DNA of 52,909 nt, from positions 1 to 52,909 of the forward strand of contig JAQGLF010000010.1 in the NCBI GenBank assembly GCA_028293025.1, in the 5' to 3' direction. This DNA is from Alphaproteobacteria bacterium (GTDB lineage Bacteria; Pseudomonadota; Alphaproteobacteria; Sphingomonadales; Sphingomonadaceae). Made by a program: the position numbers and the translations under genes. The notes under the pieces were generated by a model. That model was not told the DNA's origin. It saw nothing but the letters and a program-made list of their open reading frames with translations, and searched no databases. Position 1 is the stretch's first letter; each line of letters begins with the position of its first letter. Shown here one piece after another: positions 19,237 to 28,600 of this stretch.

Positions 19237-20304
19237 ATGGATCGTGACGGGACGCCGAACCGCGCCGTGGACCCGGGCGCCTTCTACCGGGGAATGTTCC
19301 AGCACCCCGATGTCGCATTATTCGTCATCCAGGTGTCGCCCGAAGGGCAATTCCTGGTCGAGGACGGAAACAAGGCGCTGGAGAAATGGCTCGGACGTCC
19401 GATCGAGGACATGAAAGGCCGGCCTGTCCGCGAATGCCTTGCGCTGCCGGGAGTCGCGTTCCTGGAATCGAATCTTCGCACCGCCATCGAGAAACGCGAC
19501 AGCCACAGCTACGATCGCGCCGTCGACCTGGCCGACGGCGCCTTGTCCTGGTCCACCACCCTGATACCGGTCATCGAGGGAGACGGGCCGGTGGCGCACG
19601 TCCTCGGCATGGTCCGCGATATCGTTCACGACAAGCCGCCGGGCGGCGATGCGACCCATTACGGGCCGCTGATCGATCAAAGGCACCGGCTGGCGGAGAC
19701 GCTGCACAAGGCGACCGGCCAGCATCTTGCCGCCGCCCATCTCGCCTTGATGCGGCTCGAGATCTTCGCGGCGCCCCACGAATCCGATCGCGGCAAGGAG
19801 CTCGACGAGGCGCTCCGTGACGCCAGGGCCTCGATCGAGGAGATCAAGCGCGAGATCGGGGTGCTGACCTACGTGCTGCGCCCGCCCGCGCTCGACAGCC
19901 GCGGCTTCGGCGAAGCGCTCCGGATCTTTGCGGAGGGTTTCGGGCGGCGGAGCGGAATCGCGGTCGTGCTCCGGATAGACCCGGAGGCCGGCGAGCTCCC
20001 CGTCGTCGCCTCCATGCCGCTTTTCCGCGTCCTCCAGGAGGCCCTCGCCAACGTCCATCGTCATGCCGGCGCGACCCAGGTCGCGGTCGCCCTCGACGTC
20101 GCGGACGGGGAGGCCGTCCTGACGATCGCGGACGACGGCACCGGCTTCGAGGCGCGGCCGGCTTCCGTCCAGGCGGAAAGGGGGAGCGGCTTGGCCGACA
20201 TGCGCGCGCACATGGTCCAGCTTGGAGGAACGCTCGAGATAAGCAGCCACGGCCCCGGAACCACGATCATGGCCAGAACGCCTTTGGTCGCCTTCATCGC
20301 CTGA
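19237..20304 (+). CDS. PAS-domain sensor histidine kinase (HisKA_3/NarX-like)
   Basis: N-terminal PAS_4-like region, H-box RLAETLHK, LRPPAL, N-box QEALANVHRHA, IADDGTGF and GSGLADM. Confidence 0.85.
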   Translation: MDRDGTPNRAVDPGAFYRGMFQHPDVALFVIQVSPEGQFLVEDGNKALEKWLGRPIEDMKGRPVRECLALPGVAFLESNLRTAIEKRDSHSYDRAVDLADGALSWSTTLIPVIEGDGPVAHVLGMVRDIVHDKPPGGDATHYGPLIDQRHRLAETLHKATGQHLAAAHLALMRLEIFAAPHESDRGKELDEALRDARASIEEIKREIGVLTYVLRPPALDSRGFGEALRIFAEGFGRRSGIAVVLRIDPEAGELPVVASMPLFRVLQEALANVHRHAGATQVAVALDVADGEAVLTIADDGTGFEARPASVQAERGSGLADMRAHMVQLGGTLEISSHGPGTTIMARTPLVAFIA

Positions 20305-20515
20305 GCCGCGCGGGCGCCGGCCTCACCCGACCGCAGACCTGCAAGCAACGCCGCACGGCCGCACTCGCCAAGTGGCAGATCCAGCGACCAGCCCCTGCGC
20401 CAAAGGGCCGAATCGCGCGCGCCGGAGACGAGCTCGCATCGGACACCACCCTCGACATCCCTCCCGGTTTCAATCATAGGAAAGCCCCCTTCACGACCAC
20501 CACAAAGAGGCTTGG

Positions 20516-21322
20516 GTGACAGATGTAACGGAACCTGCCTTGAAAGCAGGGTATGTGATCTGCACCGAGGAACGGTCGGGCAGTAACCTGCTGTGTCATC
20601 ACCTTGAATCGACAGGCGTGCTAGGCAGGCCCGATGAAGTCTTCAAATACGCCGCCGCCGTCGCAAGACTGCGCCACGCCGGACCGTCCGGCCTGTACGA
20701 TCGCCTGAAGCCTGCGACCACCGCTAACGGCGTGTATGGCTTTAAGCTCTTTAGCGGTCATTTTGATTTCATCGCGGGCACCGACTGGCTGGAGCGCCTT
20801 CCCGCTCTTCAGTTCGTCTATCTGGAGCGCCGCGACCTTCTGGGGCAGGCCATTTCATTGGTGAAGGCTACGCAAACGCGGAGTTTTCGAGCTTCCATAA
20901 CGCCCATGACCGAGCCGTTCTACGACCGCGCCGCGATCGCCTTCGCGCTACAGAGGCTGACGCTGGCGCAGGCGCGGTGGAAGATATTTTTCGCCACGAA
21001 TGATCTGCGCGCCCTCCCTCTCACCTATGAAGAAATTTGCGACGATCCGATGGCTGCGGTTCGCTCGATTGCGGAGAGAGTCGACGTGGACGTCGCGGGC
21101 ATCGTGTCATCGGCACCCGCCATGAGTGTTCAGCGCAACGCCGTGAGCGATGAATGGCGCGAAAGATACGTTCAGGATGCCGGCGGCTTGCGGCGCATTG
21201 CTCCTCTCGGATTTAGCGCGCTGCGCAACAGCGGCGGTACGGTGGCACGCAAGCTTGTCGGGAGGTTTCCATTTTCCAGCTGGTACGGGCCGACCTTGCC
21301 CGCCGTGCGCCCGCCAGAATAG
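20516..21322 (+). CDS. Stf0-family sulfotransferase
   Basis: 5'-PSB motif CTEERSGSNLL, GRPDE, NGVYGFK, 3'-PB motif RRDLLGQAIS and LTYEE. Confidence 0.85.
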   Translation: MTDVTEPALKAGYVICTEERSGSNLLCHHLESTGVLGRPDEVFKYAAAVARLRHAGPSGLYDRLKPATTANGVYGFKLFSGHFDFIAGTDWLERLPALQFVYLERRDLLGQAISLVKATQTRSFRASITPMTEPFYDRAAIAFALQRLTLAQARWKIFFATNDLRALPLTYEEICDDPMAAVRSIAERVDVDVAGIVSSAPAMSVQRNAVSDEWRERYVQDAGGLRRIAPLGFSALRNSGGTVARKLVGRFPFSSWYGPTLPAVRPPE

Positions 21323-22312
21323 CTACCGGAGATGTTCACGCGGAAGGGGAGCGGGGTGCGCGATCTCCCGGCGTTTTAAATAGGCCGTGAATGAGCCCGC
21401 GAGCTCGATCGACCTAAGCATCACGGCCATCGCCGCAAGGATCGGGATGCTGATCCAGCCGAAGCCCATCTGGCGTCTTTGGGCGACGATGGCGCGCCAG
21501 TCGTTAAGCGTTCGCCGGGTGCTGAGAGCTATCAGGCCAAGAAGGCCGAACCGTCGGATAATGGGCGTACCGCGTAGCACCGCGCCATGATCCTGAAAGT
21601 GGATGCCGATTGCGTCGAGCCCTCGCTGGAAGTGCTTCTCGATGAATGCGAAATTCCCTACGTCGCCAATGCCATGCGACATCAGCATCGTGGAACAGTA
21701 AACAATCCGTTTTCCGGCAGCGCGAAGATGAGCATATTGAACATAGCAGCCGCCGTGGCGCATCACGCGCTCGTCGAAGGGAAAACTTACCGCGACATCT
21801 CGTCGAAATCCGACGTTGTTCAGGTTGAAGGCGGTCGCTTCTCCATCGGGCTTGGCCGTCGCACCGGCAAAGGAGGAAACTGAAAAGGCGCGCGCGATCC
21901 ACGATCCTCCGGGATAGCGGGTGCAGCCGCCGACAACATCGACTCCGTCGTCGCGGAAGACACCGACCATGACTTCCAGCCAGTCGACAGACGGTTCGCA
22001 GTCGCCGTCCAGCATGGCGACGATCTCGCCCGTGGACGCGGCCACGCCCGCATTCTTGGCCGCGAAATAGTTGTTGGCACGCGGTGCGATCACAAACGTG
22101 ATATCCGGATTCAGATGACGCAGATCGTCGGCCTCGGCTGCATCGATTGAATGATCGAGTATGACGATCGGCTGGATAAGCGCCCACGGGTAGGTCTGGC
22201 GTTTTAAGCCCGCCAGTGTCCGGCCCAGATCCTGGGCCAGGGTGGACAATGCGCCTTCAGCCCGGGTCGTGACGGTTTCGATCACGACCGAGACACGGGG
22301 TTGACAGGTCAT
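21323..22312 (-). CDS. Glycosyltransferase family 2
   Basis: VSVVI, QTYP, AKNAG, MLDGDC (DxD) and FPFDE motifs; ATG at 22312. Confidence 0.8.
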   Translation of the reverse strand: MTCQPRVSVVIETVTTRAEGALSTLAQDLGRTLAGLKRQTYPWALIQPIVILDHSIDAAEADDLRHLNPDITFVIAPRANNYFAAKNAGVAASTGEIVAMLDGDCEPSVDWLEVMVGVFRDDGVDVVGGCTRYPGGSWIARAFSVSSFAGATAKPDGEATAFNLNNVGFRRDVAVSFPFDERVMRHGGCYVQYAHLRAAGKRIVYCSTMLMSHGIGDVGNFAFIEKHFQRGLDAIGIHFQDHGAVLRGTPIIRRFGLLGLIALSTRRTLNDWRAIVAQRRQMGFGWISIPILAAMAVMLRSIELAGSFTAYLKRREIAHPAPLPREHLR

Positions 22313-22559
22313 GGCAGCAATCTCCGAACGCCAACCTCCATCTGATCCGGGACGAGGCGGCCAGGAAGCCGACACCTTGGATCACCCGATCCCGACCGCG
22401 CGGCGATAGACCAGATCACGTCGATTGGCGACAGAGCGACCGCGAGCGCGCCCAGGTCAACACAGTCGGCACGCCAGATTGAGGAGCAGCCGATCCAGCA
22501 CATCGACGGCTGCGCGCGATCGCGGTGCCCGCCAAGACCGGTCCGTTTAAGTGCTTTCG

Positions 22560-23594
22560 CTAACGATCCAGGACGGGCCCAAGTTGGAGAAAGCGGTCGC
22601 GGTCGAGCGTCCGCAGCAACCATCCGAGGTAAAGCGAGCGCAGCTCAGCCCGCCGGACTAGGCGCAGCGCGAGCCTGCGGATGAAAGCCGGGACCGGCAG
22701 GCCGAGCAGCCAGCGGCTGAGGAGATTCCACGCGCTGCGCAGCCGCACCAGTCGCCACGCCGCCCGGCGGGAGGTGCCAAGCAGCGACAGCGCCAATCTA
22801 AGATTGGGCGTGCCGCGCGAGAAGGGCTCGGCAACGCCGCGGCGCCGCGCTTCGGCGGCCGCGGTGACGCAAACCGAGGCGAGGGCCATCCGCACCGGCT
22901 GCCGCGCGCTGATGCTTTCGCCGTGGATCCGGTAGCCGATAAGGATCTCATCGAGATTGGCCAGCTCGCAATGTTCGGACATCCGGGTGTAGAGGTCAAA
23001 ATCCTCGGAAACGTTGAGGCCCGTTCGATAGCCGCCGATCCGGTGAAAGACGTTCGCGCGCATTACCGTAGACGATGCGATCAGGGCTGGGCTGGTTCGC
23101 TGGCGCGCGCAGATATCGCGGTGGCGTTGCGGCGGTCTGAGTTCTCCGAGGCGGCGGCCGGCGCCGTCGATCAGTTCCGCCGCGGACCCGAGCAGGCCGA
23201 TGCCGGGCCGTGCCTCCATCGCGGCCAGCTGCGCTGCGAGGCGCCCAGGATAGGCGATATCGTCTCCGTCGAGCCGGGCGAGCAGAGGCGCTCGGGCGAC
23301 GGAGGCGGCGTAATTCAGGGCCGCGGCCAGCTGCGGGCGGCCGAGACGCAACGGACGAAGGCGCGGTTCGCTGCGGGCCCAGTCCACGAGGATGTCGAAG
23401 GTCGCGTCGGCGCTGCCATTGTCCACAGCGACGATCTCGAAGTCACAGAAGGTTTGGGAGGCGAGGCTTTCCAAAGCCTCCCCGAGGAAGCGTGCGGCGT
23501 TGCGCACGGGCATCAGCACCGATACCGCAGGCGGGCACTTGCCGGCCTGAGCCTCCGCGCGGTCGTCGCCGGGGCCATTCGAGGGTGAATCCAT
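22560..23594 (-). CDS. Glycosyltransferase family 2
   Basis: VSVLMPVRN, VDNGSAD, RLDGDD, SEDFDL and YRIH motifs. Confidence 0.88.
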   Translation of the reverse strand: MDSPSNGPGDDRAEAQAGKCPPAVSVLMPVRNAARFLGEALESLASQTFCDFEIVAVDNGSADATFDILVDWARSEPRLRPLRLGRPQLAAALNYAASVARAPLLARLDGDDIAYPGRLAAQLAAMEARPGIGLLGSAAELIDGAGRRLGELRPPQRHRDICARQRTSPALIASSTVMRANVFHRIGGYRTGLNVSEDFDLYTRMSEHCELANLDEILIGYRIHGESISARQPVRMALASVCVTAAAEARRRGVAEPFSRGTPNLRLALSLLGTSRRAAWRLVRLRSAWNLLSRWLLGLPVPAFIRRLALRLVRRAELRSLYLGWLLRTLDRDRFLQLGPVLDR

Positions 23595-23695
23595 GGGGAT
23601 CATTCCGCGGCGTTAGGCTGCCCGCCTCGCCTCGGTCAACGAAGGCCCTGGCGCGGCTGGAGACTCAGGCCCCGCGCGCTTATGGTGCGTCGGGA

Positions 23696-24610
23696 ATGAC
23701 CGGCCCACTCGTCTCTGTCATCCTCCCGGTCTTCGACCGCGCCGGATCGATCGCACGCGCGATCGAGAGCGTCCTCGCCCAGAGCTACGGCCATGTCGAG
23801 CTGATCGTAGTCGACGACGGCTCGACGGACGGCACTGCAGCGATCCTCGAAGCCTATCGCGGCACCGCTGCGATCCTGCGCCAGGCGAATGGAGGCGCCT
23901 ATGCGGCGCGCAATCTCGCGCTCCGCCACGCCACCGGAGAGCATGTCGCCTTCATCGATTCCGACGATGCCTGGCTCCCGCACAAGCTCGAACGTCAGGT
24001 GCCGCTGATGCGGCCCGGAATTGGCCTCGTCTACGGCGATGTCGACATCGTGACGGCACCGGACGATCGCGCGCCACGCACAGGCATGACCGCGTTCAAG
24101 GCGGTGGCGCCCGTCCGGGGACGTGCGCTCGAGGCGTTCGCCCGCGGCAATTTTGTGCCGACCAGCACCGTACTCGTCCGGGGCTCCGCGCTCCAGGAGA
24201 TCGGCGGCTTCCCGGAGAGCCGCATCTCGGCGGATTATCTTGCCTGGTTCCGGATCGCGCAGGCCTATGCCTTCGACTTTGTCGACGCGCCGGTCGCGCT
24301 CTACACCCAGCACCAGGCGGGGATCAGCCACGATCTCGGCCGTTCCCTCGCCGCCCGTATCTCGCTCTTTCGTGCCGAGCGGGAGCGAACGCGGGCTCCG
24401 GCGGCGCGCGAGGTTCTCGACCGGCTGCTGTTCAACCTCGGCGTCTCGATGGCCCTGGCAGCGGTCAGGGGCCGTGCCAGGACAATCGAGCAGCCGTTCC
24501 GGCTCGCCCGTAGCGCGGCGGCAGGTATCGGCACCAGGCGGGCATTGTTGTCTGCCGCGGCCTTCGCGGCTAACCAGATGAAAATACGGGCAAAATGGCT
24601 TTTCTCATGA
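23696..24610 (+). CDS. Glycosyltransferase family 2
   Basis: MTGPLVSVILPVFD, VVDDGSTD, NGGAYAARN and FIDSDDAW motifs. Confidence 0.9.
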   Translation: MTGPLVSVILPVFDRAGSIARAIESVLAQSYGHVELIVVDDGSTDGTAAILEAYRGTAAILRQANGGAYAARNLALRHATGEHVAFIDSDDAWLPHKLERQVPLMRPGIGLVYGDVDIVTAPDDRAPRTGMTAFKAVAPVRGRALEAFARGNFVPTSTVLVRGSALQEIGGFPESRISADYLAWFRIAQAYAFDFVDAPVALYTQHQAGISHDLGRSLAARISLFRAERERTRAPAAREVLDRLLFNLGVSMALAAVRGRARTIEQPFRLARSAAAGIGTRRALLSAAAFAANQMKIRAKWLFS

Positions 24611-24886
24611 CCCTGCCCTCGTAGTCGTCATAGCGGCGATTACCATTTATCGCCCGAGATCGACGGCCTGTGGCGGTGGAGGCAGTCGTCTGCGCACTGA
24701 TCTCCGCCCAAAGCAAACCGAACCGAGGGTGATCGGCTGACAGGCGCGGGTGGTGCACTTGGTCTGACAACGCCCTCTGGAGCCCCTACGCGGTCGCTTA
24801 GCGATCGCAGCCCGCGAGACGTTTGATAGACATTCGAAGAAGAACCACGCAAACCTGAGTCGCTGTACAATCGAGACGAGGCTGCG

Positions 24887-25093
24887 ATGAAAACGTTTGT
24901 CTTTGTGCACGGAACGGGAGTGCGCGAGGCGTCGTACAGCGCCAGTTTCAGCCTGATTCAGCAACAGCTAAATGCAAAACTTGGGCCTTTAAGCCGCGCC
25001 TCTTTGTTCATGGCTATCCGAAGGGTAAGGCCGGTTAAAAGGAATTCCGAGCCCTGTGGCATCGTCACGCTTGCCGACGAACAGCCCATCTAG
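24887..25093 (+). pseudogene. Truncated alpha/beta-hydrolase N-terminal fragment
   Basis: Starts MKTFVFVHGTGVRE (hydrolase beta-strand + HG oxyanion motif) but ends after 68 codons without a nucleophile motif. Confidence 0.5.
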
Positions 25094-25240
25094 CCGACGG
25101 CCGCGAGGTTGAGGTACAGGCACCCGCCCGAACCGATAATCTCCGCACGGCCGCGAAGATCCGCGACCTCAGGCGGCCCAAGGCCGAGCTAGCGCGGCTC
25201 GGGCCAAGGGGGACGTGTGTCGCATGGGTAAAGCATGGAG

Positions 25241-25666
25241 CTACGTGGCGAGCTCGGTTGTGACGTAGCGCACGATGACCGTCCTAAGCTGATTGCCGCT
25301 AAAAATCATCCGAACGGATGTTCTCCCGCGCGTGAAGCACCAGTCGTCCTCTTTAAGCAGATGGTCGCGTGCGTCCGCGGCGGAGTACAATGCAATGCCT
25401 CCCGCCCGATTATCGCCCCAGCAGGCGGGATCAATCTGCATCTTCTGGCGGGTCACAGTCTCGACTACCGCAGCTTTCGTCAGTCCGACAGGAATCCCCA
25501 GAACGCTTCCGGAGCCATACGAGTGATCGAAATTAAACAGCGGAGGGCGTAGAAAGCGGGCGACCTCAGGCCGGGACCGACCGATCCATGGAGCCGCGAA
25601 AAGGCATAAACAGGCGTAAACGCCCAAAGTGCCGGCAACGATAAGGCTGACGGACTTAGCAGCCAT
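25241..25666 (-). CDS. Putative RHS immunity protein (N-terminal TM/signal, exported domain)
   Basis: Overlaps the RHS stop by 11 nt. Hydrophobic N-terminus and a GIPVGLTKAAV motif resembling SmpA/BamE-like folds. Confidence 0.7.
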   Translation of the reverse strand: MAAKSVSLIVAGTLGVYACLCLFAAPWIGRSRPEVARFLRPPLFNFDHSYGSGSVLGIPVGLTKAAVVETVTRQKMQIDPACWGDNRAGGIALYSAADARDHLLKEDDWCFTRGRTSVRMIFSGNQLRTVIVRYVTTELAT

Positions 25667-28600
25667 GGTTGGCCCTCAGTTCCTTCGTACAGCGAAAGGA
25701 AATTTTCTGAGATGCATCGGCTCCCGGAAGGATCAGTGTGAATTTTCCTCGATCGACGGGGCCTGCACCTTCTATGGCATTGGCTTTATCTGCAACGCCA
25801 AAAGCGGCAGAGTTGCTGTTATCCGCGGGCGTTGACCTCCATTCGCCTTCCGGACCGAGAGAGTGGTCGGCCGCGCTCGGCACATAGGAATATGGCCGAT
25901 CTTCCCGCACTGCGTGAGCGACTGCGTCAACAACCGCATCGGGTGCCTTGATCCTTACGACGTTCGAGTTCGAGCCCTTTCTGAGGCGTTCCCACGCGGC
26001 GCGGTCGTCACGGCTCGTATATGCTGCCCCTGAAGACGCTCGCCGTGGGTCCGATATATCGCCGGTGTGGTTGTTCGACATTGGACCAAAAGAGTGGATA
26101 GTTGCGTGCGGGTCACCCAGGTATCGGGCATTGGAAACCACAAACGAGTGGCCGATGCCGAGGCTCCCCAGAGAGGAGCTCAAGCGCCTCGCCACCAAGT
26201 ATGCGTCCTCCCCGGACGGGTCGTTGTGACCGACTGGATCATTGCCGACGTACGCATACAGGTTGACCTGATCCTTGTATCCCACCGGGTCCGTCTGGAG
26301 GAAACGCCCGAGGGTCGGCGAGTAGATTCTCGCCTTGTAGTACCACATGCCAAGCTCGGGGAGCCACGCCTGGCCAGTATAGCCGAACCGGCCCAGGTTC
26401 GTCGAGTTGGGTATTCCCCACGCGTCGTAGCCGTTGATCGCAATGAGATTGCCGTTGTCGTCGGCCACCGAGATGATCGAGCCCTGGTGATCCGTGTGAA
26501 GGTGACGGCGTGTCCATCCCGCGGACGCCTCATACCATTCGAGCACGTCGTCGGCTGCGGGACCGTGGACGTAAGAGCGCAGCGGATTGCCGATGCCGTC
26601 ATATTCCAAGATCAGGCGGTCGCCGTCGTACAGGAACCGGGTGGCGCCGTTCGGCCCCGACACTTGCCACAAGCGCCCCAGGGGGTCGTACCCGAGGCTC
26701 GCGCTCTTCGCCCCCGACGCCGACACTAGCCGATTCTCAGCGTCGTAGACGTAGCTCGTGGCCGCATCCGAGGTGAGATTGCCGTTCGCGTCGTACGTGA
26801 ATGCCGAGGGCCCGGCAGCGGTATACTGGTTAAGCCCGTTGACGCTGTAAGCGCGGCTGACGTTGTAGGCGCTGTTGGACGCGTAGGCGTCGTTCGAGCT
26901 GGCCCGGCTGACGATCTGGCTGGCGGGGCTGTAGCTGAAGGTCAGACTCTGGTCGCCGCCGGTGCCGGCAAGGTCGTGCGTCACGCTGGCGACGCGGCCC
27001 GCCCCGTCATAGCCGTAGCTCGCGGTCGAGGTGGTGTAGCCCGGGCCCATGCTGAGACTGGAGCGCCGCCCCTGCGCATCGTAGCCGATCGACACCACCC
27101 CCAAGTACGCGGTCATGCGGTCGGCGGCATCGTAGCTGAACGACGCTGCATAGCCCCAGTAGCCGCCATCCCCCAACAGCTGCGTTCGGTTCCCCACCGC
27201 GTCATACTGGGAACCGATCGTTCGCGCCGTGCCGTCCATCGTTGTCGCGGAGGAGACCAATCGACCCAGCGTGTCGTACCCGTTGATCACCCCCGGGCCA
27301 ATGTTCGAGCCGAACCGCGCAAAGGTCTGCAGTCCACGCAGATCATAGCCGTAGAACACGCTGTAGCTGGCCGCGCCCGTGGCGGAGGTGGGCACGTTCT
27401 TCTGCGTCATCCGGTCGAGGCCGTCGTACGCATAGCTGATCGTCGTCCCGTCTCGCTTTCTTAGCGACGCGCGGTTGCCGTTGAGGTCGAAGCCATATTG
27501 CTCGTAGTCGGCAGCGTTCACTTGGCCCGCGGTGGTGGCGGAAGGGAACGTCCAGCTTGTCTGCCGGTCTAGGCCATCATAACCCATAGCGGCCAAGTTG
27601 CCGTTAGCATCGGTGACGCTGGTCTGCTTTCCGTTCAGGCTGTAGCCGTAGCTCGCATAATTCTGTTGAAGCGACGTAGCGTAGGCTCTTTGCACCGTCG
27701 TCAGCTGGCCGGCGGCGTCGTAGACATTCCGAGTGATACGGTCCGGGCCGTATGCACCCTGCGCCCCGACCGCGCACGCGGAGGCCGGCAGCGACCCGTA
27801 AGCCGTAGGGTTCATCCGCACCGCTGTGCATTGCAGCCGCCCGACGGGATCATAGCTGAACTGGGTGAGCGATTGGGCCGCTCCGCCCGCAATGAGGGTT
27901 TCAGTCGCCTTGCGCCCTTCAGAATCGTAGGTCGTAGAGATCTGCCGGTCCACCATCATCTCCGCGAGGGCCGCATCGGACTGATCGACCGCGTGGCCGG
28001 TCTCGGCAAGCGTCGGCTGGTTGTCTGCGTTGTAGGTCATACGGATCGCTGCGACAGGGAGCGGTCCGGCGCCGTCGGGGTCCGGTCCCACCGTCGCTAC
28101 GAGTCGCCGAAGGCCATCGTAGACGTAGCGTGTCGTGTCGCCTGGGCCGGGGAGCGGCCCGTCGATCGTGACGAGGTTCCCGACCGCATCGTGTGCCTCT
28201 GTCGTCGTAGCGCTTATTGAATTATCGCCCGCGCGCACAGTCTCGGTCGCCACGAGCAGGTTGTCGTCATAGGTGTAGCTGGTGACTACTTCATCCGCCG
28301 TGCCGGCGCAGATCGCCTGAGTGCGGCAGGTAGAAGTCGACACTAGTTTCCAGATGGAGGTTTCATTTACCAGCTGACCTGTGGGGTTGAGAACCTTCGC
28401 CGAGAGCTGCTGGTAGGTGTAACGTATCTGCGGGCGTATCCCAGCGGGGTCAGGCGGTAGGGTCTTGGTGAGCACGCCGCCATGCACAGGGTCGTAGGTG
28501 TAGTCCGTTCGGTTCCCCTTAGGGTCCACCTCGTAGGCCGGTTTGTTGCAGAAGGTCGACTCCGGCCCGGTGCAGCTGGCCGGATAGCTGCGTGTCCAGG

